A stretch of DNA of 64,000 bases, from NCBI RefSeq assembly GCF_036321535.1, contig NC_087437.1, forward strand, positions 17,610,001-17,674,000, written 5' to 3'. The translations under genes and the position numbers were made by a program. The notes below the pieces were generated by a model. The model was given only the letters and a program-made list of their open reading frames with translations. It was not told the origin of the DNA and did not search any database. This stretch comes from Camelus dromedarius (Eukaryota). This document shows, in pieces, positions 38,185-51,661 of this stretch. How positions within the stretch are numbered: the stretch's first letter is position 1; the number at the start of each line of letters is the position of its first letter.

Positions 38185-40283
38185 TTATTTATTTTTCCCT
38201 TTTCAATGGACTTTATTTTTTTAGAACAGTTTTAGGTTCACAGAGATATTGAGCAGAAAGTACAGAAAATTCTCATGTAGTCCCTGCTCCCACACAGGTG
38301 CAGCTTCCCCCACTGACTGTTGATAACATCCTGAACCAGTAGTTTATGTGTTACAATTGATGGCTTTGCACTGATACATCATTAGCACCCAAAGTCCATA
38401 GTTTACATTAGGACAGGCTTTTGGTGGTGTACATTCTGTGGGTTTTTAAATGACACATATCATTTATAGCATCATACAGAATAGTTTCACTGCATTAAAA
38501 ATCCTCTGTGCTCCACTTTTTCATCCCTCCCTCATTATCTATTTATTTCACTTAGTAATATATATTTAAGTTTCCTGCATGTCTTTTCATGGCTTGATAG
38601 CTCATTTCTTTTTAGCACTGAATAATATTTTATTATCTGGATGTACCACAAAATATTTATCCAGTCACCTATTGAAGGACATCTTGGTTGCTATCAACTT
38701 TTGGTAACTATGAATAAAGCTTCTACAAACGTCCATGTGCAGGTTTTTGTGTAGATATAAGTTTTCAGCACATTTGGGTAAATGTCAAAAAGTGCAATTG
38801 CTGAATCTTATCGTAAGAGCATGTTTAGTTTTGTAAGAAACTGCAAACCTCTCTTCCCAAGTGGCTGTACCATTTTGCATTCCCATCACCAATGAATGAA
38901 AGTTCCTGTTGTTTCACATCCTCACCAACACTTGGTGTTGTCAGCGTTCTAGATTTTGGTCATTCAAATATGTATGTAGCGGCAGCTCATTGTTGTTTTG
39001 ATTTGCACTACCCTAATGACATACGATGTTGGAACAGCTTTCCATTTGTCAGGGTTTATTTATGGCAAGGGGACTGTTCAGGTCTTTTGCTCATTTAAAA
39101 ATTGTTTATTTTCTTATTGTTGAATTTTAACAGTTCTTTGTATATTTTGGATATCAGTTCTTTATCAGATATGTCTTTTGCAAATATTTTCTCCTAGTCT
39201 ATGGCTTTCCTTCTCATTCTTTTGATGGTATCTTTCACAGATCTGTTTTTTTTCTTACTGCACTTCTAAAAACACCAGAAGTTAGCATGTACTCTACATG
39301 TTAAGGGCTCAGTCCCACCAGACTGTCCCTACCTTCAAACACCAGTCACAAGTCCAGGTCAAGTGTACTTCTGGCCAAGTGGCTATAAAGTTGGAGGGTT
39401 CTCACGTCCCCCTCCTTAAGTTTGATAATTTTCTAGAACAGCTTACAAACTCAGGAAAGCACTTCACTTACCAGTATCCATTTATCATAAAGAACACAAC
39501 TCAGAAACAGCCTGATGGGAAAGATGCATAGGGCCAGGTATGGGCGGGTGGTCCCCGGAGCTCCCATGTTCTCTCTGCGTGTGCCACCCTCTTAGTACCT
39601 CAGAGTGTTCACCAACCAGGAAGCTCTCCAAACCCTGTTGCTTAGGGTTTTTATGGCGGTTCCATTTTGTAGGCACAACTGATTAAATCATGGGCCATTG
39701 ATGATGAACTCAATCTCCAGTCCTTTCCTCACCAGAGGTCAAAGAGTGGGGCTAAAATTTCCAGCCCCCTAATCACATTGTTGGTTCCTCTGGCAGTAGC
39801 CCCTATCCTGAAACTATCCTGGAGCCCAACAAGAATCACCTCATAAACCCAGGTAGGGTTTAAAGGGGGCTTATTCTGAATAACAAAATATGGTCCGCTG
39901 ACTCTTTTCACTTAGAAAATTCCAAGGGTTTTAGAAGTTCTTATACCAGGAACCAGAGACGAACACCAAATATGTATATTTCTTGTATCACAATATCACA
40001 GCAGGACAGATGCCTTTAAGGAAATCCAGATTATTGATTACTTTTTTCCATGAGTAATATCTTTCATGTTATATCTAAGAAGTCACTGCCATACCCAAGG
40101 CTAGATTTTCTCTTATGTTATCTTCTAGGAATTTTATTGTTTTGCATTTAGTTTTATCATCCACTTAGTTAATTTTTGTGAGCAGTGTAAAGTCTGTGCC
40201 TACACTTTTTTTTTTTAATATGTGGATGTCCAGTTGTACCAGCACCATTTGTTGAAAAGACTATCTTTCTCCATTGTATTGCC
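38185..40283 (-). mobile_element. L1M (L1MC-like) 3' end, split by an LTR
   Basis: 'agaacagttttaggttcacag' 3'UTR, ORF2 motifs; TSD aactcatttatt 38173-38184 / 40284-40295. Confidence 0.85.
39244..40000 (-). mobile_element. MER21-like solo LTR nested in L1
   Basis: rc begins tgtgatattgtgatacaagaaatat...aaaacccttggaattt, matching the MER21 5' end; TG...CA termini. Confidence 0.75.
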
Positions 40284-40295
40284 AACTCATTTATT

Positions 40296-40424
40296 CTTTT
40301 ATTTTTTGGCAGGGGAGGTAGTTAGGCTTACTTATTTGTTTATTTAATGTAGGTATTGGGGGATTGAACCCAGGACCTCCTGCATGCTAAGCACATGCTC
40401 TACCACTGAGCTATACCCTCCCCC
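40296..40424 (-). mobile_element. Vic-1-type tRNA-Ala SINE (long-tail form)
   Basis: 'ggattgaacccaggacctcctgcatgctaagcacatgctctaccactgagctataccc' plus extra 'ggggaggtagttagg' tail segment. Confidence 0.9.
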
Positions 40425-43400
40425 TTATTTAATTTTAATTTCCTTGCAGCTATCTCTTTGGCTGTGGGATAGAGGTTGTAGGAGAATAGTGAGCCTATAA
40501 GGATTGTTTGGGGAGGCAAATATAAGGGATCAACCCAATGGTTTTCCTTTAACTGATACTGTGTACACATTCAAGCAAACTCACCCACCTCTCCCCTCGA
40601 GTACTGGGGAGACACTGAGTCTGGATGATATCCTGTTAACCCTAAATTGAGCCAACTGGAAGACTTTTCAGGAAGGTGGCCCATTAATTCCTCTTGCTAA
40701 CGCTGGTTTAGAAAGGTAGCAAGATGACCTGTCCCTTTCTACTGTGTTGCTTTTCTTTGGTTAGATGAACGCAATGTTCAAGAGGAATAACCCTTGGGGG
40801 GAACTGTGTGGTTGTAAAGCCCTTATTCAGCCACCCAGATGCATGATCTGTATGTCAGTTACATATTTGGAAATATATGGACTAGTCACTAAGTCTCACC
40901 AGGACCTGGTTCTGTCACTCACTAGTTGTGCAGCTGAGGCCAGTTTCTTTCCCTCTAATGTCAGTTTCTTCACCTGCAAAATGTGTATTCTTACTGTCGT
41001 AGGTCCAAGTTCATGACCCCACTTAAATTGAAAACTTTTCTAAATATCTGCACTGTGAATTTTTCTTGAGAGAGAATTCACAGCTTTCTTGTGTCTCCCA
41101 AATCTGGAGTTTGGGACTTCAAACTTAACCCCTAGAGTAGGGGCTCTTCATTCTCTTAACACGTCGACAAACGTCTCAGCAACTTGTAGGCCATGTCGGA
41201 GACCACATTTTCCCCTGCATATTGTTGAGTATGTTCTGTAAAGAAAAATTTCTTCAATTCTTTTCAAGTTCTGTGAATGCTTTGTCCTTTCTGGTAAGTT
41301 TTCTGGGGGAGGTGTCCTAGGGAAATTCAGAGGGCTTGGCGGCAGGGAAAGCCCAGTTCCGCCCCATGTGGGGACGGGCACCTGACTCACCTCTTTACAG
41401 CACATGGAAAAAATGTGAAGTTGAAATTGCAGATAGTCAGGAGAGGCCCACATTTCCAGAATATCTGATAAAAAGTGGGTTTTTTTCCAAAGTGCAAAAA
41501 CCGTAGCAAGAGCTCAGATGGACTGTGTGTCCCCGCTCACCTCTCTGGCGATGGGCAGCCCAGGGGGAATTCTTCTGGGCAAATGCAGAATCTTAGGGGA
41601 ACATCCTTAGCGTGATGTACACGCAGCCTCTGCTCCTGAGCTGACAGGTGTGTCAAGTGAGTAGCATTAGGGTTTTGCTGCTGAAACCTTCACTTAGAGT
41701 TGGTTGAGCCAGCCAATTCTAAGAAAGTGGGTATCTTTTATTTGGAATTCTATAAATTTCCAAAAACCGGGGAGTAGGGTAGATGTTTGAAGAATCACTC
41801 CAAATTTTCCTTTTCTCCTGAAGCTCCTCCTTATTACTGGTTATGAGACTGGGAGGTCGGGTGGGGAAGGGGGTGAGAGAGACAGAACACGAAAGAGCGT
41901 ACTCACTTATCAAGAGGTTTGGACCATGGCCGATTTGAAATATTACTAACCTTGCATTTTCAAATTTGATGCACAACAACCAAGATGCTAATACTTTCCT
42001 TAGTTTAGGGGAAAAAAAAATCCTTTCACCCATCTCTTCTAGCTGAAGATTAGGAAAGAGGCTTTAAGAAGATTTAAAAAAAAAAAAAACCCAACTTCTG
42101 AGCAGCGGAAAAAATGGTTTGTGATTCACGGGCTCCAGGCAATTCATCATGGAAATTGGGTTTCTTAGCAGACATCGTGTGAATCCTTTCGTCCCTGTCA
42201 ACTTTTTAATACATTACATTGAGAATGTAAATCGTGTTGGTGAGGGGGAGTGGAGGAAAAAAGGGAGCGAGAGAAAAGAGAAAGCTTCTTCATTTTGGAT
42301 TTAGAAGGAAGGAAGCACAAGGCCTGTAATTCATATTAACTAAATAATAAAAAATATCTGTATAAATGTGTAGATTTGCTGATATATCTGGGGAGGAAGT
42401 GGGGAGAAGTGAGTGAGACAGAGTAAAATTGAAATTGTTTTATCCTTTTGAAGGGCCTTTAATGGCTGTTCCTTATAATTTATTTTGTTTTCCTTTAGTT
42501 TTTATTCCTCTAGGTTTGTTTCTTTTGTTATGTGAACCAACTTATTTCCAGCATCCCCACAAAAACAAAAGACAGAGGCTTGAGGTCAGGAGTTCTGTGA
42601 TTGAGGAAAATAGAAAAAGGGAATATAAAAAAAGGGAATATAATTTAATGCCTCATGAATGGGGACTATTGCTGAGAGAGCTGGAGCTCCTGCCCCATCT
42701 CTGTCACCATCAGGATTGGGCAGAGCCCTTGGCTGGCCTCGTAAGGAGGCCAAATTCCTTGCTTGTTCTGAAGGTGTTTTATTCCCTCTAACTAAGTGGT
42801 TCATATCTACTCAGGGCTGTTGGGGATGAGATTAGTACGTGCATGGCTCATTGGTTTTGTAGAATGTTCTTCTGCCTACCCTGCCCTCAGCATAATTTGC
42901 AGGCATTTTGCCTCCATATGTGTTTATCATCAAAATTTATTGTAGAGGTCCTTTTGTGTTCTTCTTTCTAGCTTTCTTGGGTGATGGCCTGTCTCTATGG
43001 CCTCCTGGAGACAGAGGAAGAAGTTTCTATCCAGAGAATTTCTTCTGTGGATGGGAGGGTTCAGCAACGTTGGGCACCATCAGGGCGAGGATGGAAGGGG
43101 TCTTTCGGGGCCATTTTCCTGTTGGTGATCCTGACAAGGGGAAAGATAGGGAGGAGTCTGATCTCGGGGCTTCTTTCTTCTGATGCTCCCGGCATCCAGT
43201 TGAGTCTCATACACGCAGACAACCACGCATTGTTTAGCCTGCAGGCTAGTTTACCCTGGAAATGGAGTTGGAGACTAGTTTGCTACTGATTTTGTTCTGT
43301 ACAGTCTGCTAGGAAGATGGGGCAGGGGCCTGGAATCTCACTTTTGCCTTACTTAAGCTTCACATATTTTTAACGAACATTCTTTTTCCTCTTGCCACTG

Positions 43401-43569
43401 AGGAAAAAGAAAAAAATTCTTCCAAGAAACTGACCAAGACTCCTACAGTTGCTCTGTAAATAGTGGAAAAGGAGGAGAGATTCCACCTGCTTTGTGATGT
43501 TCAGGGGTCATAACGGAATTAAATGGAGACTCTTAATTATTCCTATGCATATTTAAAATGGACTGAAGT

Positions 43570-45630
43570 TTGAATTTACTTCTAAAAATTAATATAAGTT
43601 TTATTTTTTACCAGTGTAATATACTTACACACTACTAAGTACTGAGAAACAGGAGTCTCCTGCATGTCCCTGCCCGGTCCTCGCCCACTCTTGAAATGCT
43701 TCTGCTGTTATTTCCTCCATATACCTAAACGTTGTGATCATTATCCTCCTTCTTCATTGATCTGTTGTGCACGGATCTATTTACTTCTGTAGTTGAAGAC
43801 TCAGCCCTCTTGCTCCCTACATCTCCACCCCTTACTCTTCCAAAACCATTCTAATAGTCAGTGTTTATATTATGATAAACATGCAGACACAGCTCACAGC
43901 TGAGCATAACAGGACACCATGCTCTCCACTCCTCAGTCCTCTCTAGAGTTCCACCAGGACTCACTGCTCACAAGGCTGCTGAGGGATATGGTTCTGGAAT
44001 GTCCTGTCCTCTTACTTCTGTGTTGGCCCTTCTCTTCTCTGGACCTCCATGTCTTCCTTTTTGGTTTTATTTTTTGGTTTACACCTGCAACTAGCCAAAA
44101 CACGTCTTCTAGTAGCTTCCTAAGAGAGATAGGGTCAATGAAAAACATATGAACTCTGAGTCTGATTTTTTATTTTACCTTATGATTTATTGGTAGTTAT
44201 TTATAGACTCTGGGTTGAAAACCTTTTCCCTTTAGACTTTGTAAAGCACTGCCCTCTTTTCTCTAGCATTCAGTTTTATTATTGGAAAGTAAGAGGTCTT
44301 TTGGATTTTTATTCCTTTGAATGTGCTATGTTTTGTTTTGTTTTTATGGTGTTCTGTTTAACCCAATATTCTAAAATGTTAGAATGAAGTGTGCTTTTTA
44401 TTCCCTCATTGTGCTGGGTACTCAATGGACTTAAATCTGGAAACTCAAGTCCTTCCATTCTTGTATACTCTCTCTGAGAATATCTTCTAATGTTTTTATT
44501 TTTATGTCTAGCTATCTTGGGTTAATTCTCCAGTTTTCTCAATAGTTCTCTCATATTTTAAATCTTTTTTTATATCTGAGTTTTTTATTTCTTATTTATT
44601 CCTTTTGCTGATTTTTAAATTTTTAGCTGTCATATCTTTTTTCTTTCTATTTCTAAAAAACCTCATACCTTCTCATTCTTTATTCCTTTATAACTTTTAT
44701 ATCTTGGAGATTACTTTTTTCAAGTTTTCTTTTGGGCTACTTCTGTTATTGTTTTTGTTCTCAACACCCCCCCTCATTTTTTTTCTTTCTTCTTTTCTCC
44801 CCCCTTGTTTTGGTGTCTCTGTTTTGACTGAAGCAAAGAGCTAAGACCAATTAGAAGCCCTGTATGGGAGAGAACATGGCTTCATCAATTCATTGCTGGT
44901 TGTGCTTACTGTGATGTAGTCAGGGGGTGAGCTGCCACATTAGAGGGGAGCCCCCAAACATCAGTAATTAGATCTTCTCTTAAGGAGTTTTATTAATTAC
45001 CTCTAGAGAATAATCTTCCTATTTCTTGCCAGGGCACACGTATTCCTGGCTGCCTGCCCCTGAGAGTGAGGTGAGGGTTGGCTGTGGGGGCCCCACAGGT
45101 GAGTATGTAGGCTTCTGTCTAATCCCCTGTTTTCAGTGTCATACCTTATCCCTGACTTCTGAGTGGAAGCCTCTGCTTTATCTTTTCCAGAGAATCAACC
45201 TCCTGTCTCCTGCAGAGGTGAGGGGATCTGGATGGTGCCTGGTGGCCTGGGATGGCTGAGGGGGCTTGGAATATAGATTTCCAACAACTTCATGGGTTTC
45301 AGCAGTACATCTTGCCCTGGTTTCCGGAACTCTTGGAGCTTCCAAGGCCTAAGCCTCTTCATCTAACAGCAGGACAAAGCGGTTTGCTTTGCCTCCATAT
45401 GGCTCCTCCGCGGGCACAAAGGCTTTACCTCCTCTGTTCCTCTGGGGCAGTCACCACCCATCCATCTGCTTTCTGCTTCCAAAACCTGTCAGAATGGATC
45501 CTCCACTATCTCCTAGCTCCCCATTCTTCTGGTCTCTGTTGGTTGGTACTTTTTTATTCCTTTACATTCATTCAGATAGTGCAGGGAGAGGGGGAGATCC
45601 TGGTGTGTGGTTAATCCACTACCTTTGACC
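43570..45630 (-). mobile_element. Old L1ME-like fragments
   Basis: 'tctagtagcttcctaagaga', 'aatctggaaactca' motifs also present in the decayed L1 at 400-820. Confidence 0.6.
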
Positions 45631-45894
45631 AGAGCAGAGTTGGCTCAATCTCTCCTAGGTCTCTGCCCACTTTGTTTCTGACCAGGCTGGTGGGTGAGGA
45701 CCCTGGTGGCCAGAACCAGGGATTCTTCCAATGTTCTGAGCCCTGAGAGCATCTGGAGGGAAAGCTTGGAGCAGGTCAGTCTCCCTTCTCCCATTTGTGG
45801 AGCCTCAGTGCTCGGGTCTACGGCCAAGATCACTTGGAGGGATAATTGTAGGGTGGGCTGAAGAGCCTGGCAGAGAGGAGCAATCTCAGGGATT

Positions 45895-46063
45895 GTCTTT
45901 CTTTCTTTTTTTTTCTTTCTTTTTTGCTTTTATTTTTTTGGTGGTGGTGGGGATTAGGTTTATTTGTTTATTATTCTTATTTTTTAATGGAGGCGCTGTA
46001 CTGGATTGAACCCAGGACCTCATGCAAGCTAACTATGTGCTCTACCACTGAGCTACACCCTCC
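45895..46063 (-). mobile_element. Vic-1-type tRNA-Ala SINE (long-tail form)
   Basis: 'ggattgaacccaggacctcatgcaagctaactatgtgctctaccactgagctacaccc' with T-rich tail. Confidence 0.9.
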
Positions 46064-49000
46064 CTGCTTCCTTTCCATTTCTTCACCCCCAGGCCCTGCC
46101 CAGAGCTGTGACTAAGAACTAACGAACAACAGCAAAACGCCCCGACCATGGAGACATTGTGCTCTCTACAAAGTGCTCAAGGCTTCACATGGAAAGCTTA
46201 AAAACTATCCCAGGAAGTTTTCAGGCTAAGACATTCCACACCCCTCCCCGCCACTTCCCTATCACCTCAGCTGGGGAAGTGAAGAGGAGCGGGAAGAAGC
46301 CCAGGATGGAGGAGAATAAGGGAAAAGGGGATGGGGGCAACTTCCAGCAGCAGCCATCCAGGGTAGCATCTTGATTTCATAAGCACCATTTTAGCATAAA
46401 TTATCTCATTTTTAGCTTGTCAATTTGGATAATCTTGGCCCTGGAATGGATTCAGGGGGTGTTAAATGATCTGGTTTGGCTCTTCACGGAGTCTGAATTT
46501 GCAGATAATTGGCAGAGCTCTTTTGGCTGGGTAAACTTGTTATCAATTGCCTTTTTTAAAGTCAGCACTAAAATAATCGTTCCCGTGAGCAAAACCCATT
46601 ACAAACCTTCACTTCGAGAGCATCAACACATTTCAGCACTGGGGCATAAATGTGTGAGATTTTATCATTGCTACATCCAGAAGGGCTTGTGAGAAGTCAG
46701 AGATGCTTTAGGAGAGTCCCTGTGTGGCTAAGCCTCAGGCCTGAGCTGAGGATTGGAGGCCTTCAGGGGGCCCTGGACCACAGCCACTGGGCACCTCTCC
46801 TGGGCAGCCCCCTGTGCTGCCTGCCGGGCAGAGATGCAGTGGCCTCCCGTGTTGCCTTCACTTCCAAGACATCCCTGTCTCAACCGCCACAGTATTGCCC
46901 CAAGTCAGTTCCTTCCTTACGCCGGTTGGCCCCATGCTCTTTGTCAAGGTCCCCTCGTTCATAAAAGAACAATCTCAAGGTCAAGCTGAAAGAGCAGCCA
47001 GTGGGGTGGTGGAAGGTGATGGCCAGGCAGGCTGGAGCTTGGGGTCTAGCCTCCTCTCAGTGACCTCAGCTGTTCTAGGGCTGAGTTTCCCCATCTCCCA
47101 AAAGAGAGGCTATCAGTCCCTGTTCCAGGGTCTCTCAGGGTTGTTGTAAAAATTAAATTTAAAAACCATAAAATTACTTTATATATAGAAAAATATATTA
47201 ATATATTTTTATAGAAAAGGATTGTCGTTTTCAGATTACAAGAGTGCCCATTCTGATTTTCTGACTTCTAAATGTTTATATTATAAAACATGTATCATAT
47301 TTATTGATATAATTGTGAATTATTATTTTCAGGCAGGAATGGGCCTAATCCTGGAATCCTGGACCAAAATTTGAATTCTTTTCTTTTCTTTTTTGGGAAA
47401 TAAGTCTCAATGTTCCAGACCAGCAGATATTTTCATTTATAAGGATAAATGCTGTGTTTAATGACCTACCATGGCAAAAGCAGTTCAATGAAAACAAGTC
47501 TATGAAATTCTTGGTACATAATTTCAAATATATATATTTTCAAAATTTGATTTCTTGAGTCTTAAGCCTACCCAGAATATGTGTAATATGTATACCAAAG
47601 GCTTTTGAAGTCAACGTAAATTTCTGGAGTTTATGTCCTTTTTCTTGGCTTTGGCTTCAGGACTTAGGGGACGTGGGTAATTTCTCACACTACAGGGTAA
47701 TTTGATTTATAGACTGTAAAGGCAGCCCATGCTGTTCACCTTCATGATTTTCTCTGCAGGGAGACTGTATTTGCTGCATTCTCAGTGTTTACCATTTAGT
47801 AGAAACTGAGTAGATCCCACAGTTCCCATTCCATTCCTAGCAGATCCAGACCCCGGCCCTCGCTGCTTTCAGGTGCTGGGCTAAGTGCTTTGTAGGAAAT
47901 CACCTCTATTATTCTTTGTACTGTATTATTTGCACCCTAACTGTTACCCTCCCTCTGGCTACCTGGGTTTTCCTGGAGGATTCTGGACATTTTCCTTCAA
48001 GGCTGCCTGCTGTCTTTTATAGCCTGTGAGAGTCCCTTGCCAGCCTCTCGAGCATACCTTGTCTGAGCCCATGGCTTCCTTTGCTCCTTTGGTGAGTCCT
48101 GCTGCAGAGAACATCTGGCCTCATTAACATTCATGTGCTGAGGCCAATACCCAGGGTCTCAGGCTTTGCTTTTTTCCAGATCCTGGATGCCCTGTAAACG
48201 GAGGTTTCACCATGTTGAGTCTAGGAAAAATATCTGCTGCTTCACCCATACTATTCCCTTCCTGCAGGGCTTCCTTTTCAAGCCACGCCCAAATGTCTTC
48301 AAAACCTCTCCATGTGCCTTCAGGGAGAGGCGGAGCCCTGCTGGTGCATGCTCCCAGATCTGCGCCTTCTGGTCCCTGGGACACCTCTTCGCTCTTTCTT
48401 GCGAACTCCAAGGATGCATCCCCGTGAGGAGGTCACTCTGTACTTCAAGACCCATGTTTAAATGTTGGGATAAAATATTCCATGGCAAGACATACAGATA
48501 CTTTATATGAGACCTCTGGAACAGTTTTTGCCAGAAATAGCTTCAAATGGGCAGGGTTCATGGGTGGCAGAGGATACACATTTCAAATAATACCCAGCCA
48601 GCAGCTGCTGCTGGAAACACCTAACTGGAGGGCAGATGTCTCTAGAAGTTGAGAAGGAAGCTCCTTTCATTGAAGAACACTATGAGTCATGGAATGTTCA
48701 CGCTTAAGGGGCATGATTTTTCTCCTTTCTCTGCTTCTGCCAACTGAAAGACAGAGCAGAAGGAGAGGGACCTAGAGAGGAGACATGTCTCCGTCTTTCT
48801 GACAGCCCCTTCTCAGGGCTGAGAAAGAAGCCCGGAACACAGAGAAGTCACCAGCAACTGGAGGACCAGGCTCAGAGGGGCTTTTGATGTCATGCTGTTC
48901 TGAATCCTCAGGCTTGTTCTCCAAGCCTGGAAGGAACTTGATTCCATGATAAGGTGTAAAGTGAATTAGAAAGGGATGGTGACAGTGTCTCCTCTGCAGT

Positions 49001-51627
49001 TGTGGCCTCGCTGCCCCTTCCTCAGGTGTGGCTGCTTACCCGGTTTGACCTGAGGGCCCTGTGCCCCTGTGCTGCTCACACCCTGAGCTTGGTCCACCCC
49101 AGATAAGAGGTGTGGAAACACCCTCAGGTTAGGCTAGAACTTCTCCTTAGGATCTTGCTGGCCTGTGCTTTATATTGCTTCTGTCTGACACCCACGGTTC
49201 TGACTTGCAGACTCTTCTGATTTCTGAGTCCCGACTGTTTCTCAGTCTCTGTTTGGGGACGTCTGGGTCTCTGCCTGCTCTGACTTTTAGTCCTTGTCAG
49301 AATGCCAAGGGATCAGGCTCGGCTGTAGTCAATGGCAAGGATGACCCAGAAATGCATCAGAAGACATCGGAACTGATTTTTTAAATATCTTAATCAACGC
49401 TGATGCCATTAATGTGTACTACATTTAGCTGTTAAATATGTGTAATTAAAGAAAAAAGAAGAAAGGAAATTCTCTAGTCTGGTTCTCCATCTCAGTAAGC
49501 TTTGTGATCAAGGCACCCTACTGGTGGGTGTGAAGAGGCCAGAGTCCAGCCTTTTGAATAATTCCTCACACTACTGATGTTTGGAGATATGGTTGCCATT
49601 GCTCCTGCTTCCCGCCCAAGCGGCTTACTCTACAAATCCCCACCAGCCAGGGCTTTCCTCCCTGCTCTTCACATCCTGACCCTCTCCTCTTTTGTGTACC
49701 CACAGCTCAGACTTCCTAAAATATCACCTTTCCCCCCAGCCCCGCTCACCTCTCACTGACGTCAGCTTATGTGGACATTGCTGCCTAAGAGATGGAGCTG
49801 GGCTCTCCAGGCCGTGGCCAGGCCTTGTGTGTGTCCAAACCAATCACATCTATTTCCAGTATGGAAACCAAGCCCCAGAGAGCTTCAAGGAACCTCAGGA
49901 TTTCCTCAGGCCCTGCTTAGGCGCCTGTGCTCTCCACGTCGTCGTCGTCTTTTTTTTTTTTTTTTTTTTTTTTGATAGAGTTGAATGAAGCCCAGGAAGT
50001 TGAGTGACTTGTGTAGTTGAGAGGGCAAAGTGTGGGGGGACCGGAAGTCCTAGGCAAAGGAAGAGGTGCTTACACATCCCATGTGCACAATTACTCAGAT
50101 GGCTGTGGTTTTCCCACCCAGGATTCCGCCCCTGGCACTGGCCATCAGCAGACAGCATGGGTCCTGGTTGTCCAGACATTAATCTCAAAAAGCATTAGGA
50201 ATACTCTGAAGGTGTCAGCTTTTTTCATCAGATTTTCTTCATCAGATCTATTGAACTCCTTTGAGCCACTACTTTGAGCTGGCCAGTTGTCTTCACCTGC
50301 CATAATCCATAAATCCCATCACCCCTACCTTCCCGCCTTGGTTACGCAGTTGCCCTTTGTGATCTGAGTGTCTGCCTCCAACTCAGCAAATTCAGATCTG
50401 ACAGGTCTGGTCAAGGCTCTGCCTGGGCATGTCTCACAGACCAGCTTTGGCCACACTGCCTACTCCTGGCTCCAAATTCCCGCAGAAGATCAGTCTGTCC
50501 TATAAGATCACTGTACTGAGTGAGAGGGTACCGTGGAGCAAAGGAAAGGGTCATGAGTTTCCTTTGCTTCTGTAAAAAAATCACTACAATCTGAATGGTT
50601 TAAAACAGCACAAATGTATTCTCTTAGAGTTCTGGAGGTCAGAAGTAGAGGGAATCCTGACTTTGATGACTTTTCCTTACAAAGAGTTGCATTTTAAATT
50701 GGAAGTCACTGGTATGCTGAACTGACAGGTGTAATTCCCCCCTCCTGAGTGGAATTAGGGGCTTAGAAGCTAGGTTAGAATATATTTAAGTGAAGATTGC
50801 TACAGTATTATACACCTGACTTCCTTTATTGTTGTGGCTTTTAACTATCTGCTACATGCATACTTCCAAACTGCCCCCCAGAAAGATTGTACTAATTGGT
50901 GTTTTCTGCAGTTATAAATGCCTCTTTCTTTTGGACCCTTGCCAACAATAATCACTATTATTATTACTTTTTAAATTTTTGGCAGTTTAATAGGGGAGAT
51001 TGATACTTCATTGTTGCTACAACCAGCATTTATTGAACGACAAGCACAGTTCAATATTTCTTTTGTAGATATTTGAGATTTTTGAGTGTGATAAGTATTT
51101 CCTAGTCTCTCTTTTCTGTTTCTAGAAAACTTTGTACATGGCTTTGTTATTGTCAGGGATGGCTTGTTCTCCAAGTTCTGCGCTGTCCCTCTTCCATGGC
51201 AACAGGTGCAGTACGCAGGTACCCAGGTGCACCGCATTTCCTGGATTCCTTATGGGTAGGTATGGACATGTGGTTAAATTCTCTCCAATGGATATGAGTG
51301 GAAGTGATGTGTGTCCCTTCCAGGTCTGGCCCATGAAACCTCCCGTGATGCCAACCAGAGTGTCATGGCGGCCATGTATTGGAGATGGTGGATTCTCTTG
51401 TCAGAATAGTGGAGGACCGTCTGTCCTGGACTACTTATTTCATGAGCAAGATTTACTCTCTACTTTGCCTGAGTTTACCCTAATTGTAATTTATCTTACA
51501 CAGTTTGACACATTTACATCTTAATTTATTTTTAATGGAGTTCTTCTCCCTCACTGACCTGTAAGCAGAGTCCTTGCTTAGTCATCTCTGTAGCTCTGTG
51601 GCACAGAGTAGGTTTTCAATAAACATA

Positions 51628-51661
51628 AATGAATGAATGAATGAATGAATGAATGAATGAA
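51628..51661. repeat. (AATG)n repeat, expanded L2 tail
   Basis: Follows 'ggcacagagtaggttttcaataaac' L2 terminus. Confidence 0.8.

Noticed and set aside
47189..47210. Perfect 22-bp palindrome aaaaatatattaatatattttt
   Set aside because: Pure A/T low-complexity context; no supporting structure.
49938..49973. (GTC)4 followed by a long T-run, possible retro-insertion tail
   Set aside because: No adjacent poly(A) signal, element body or TSD found; treated as a simple repeat.
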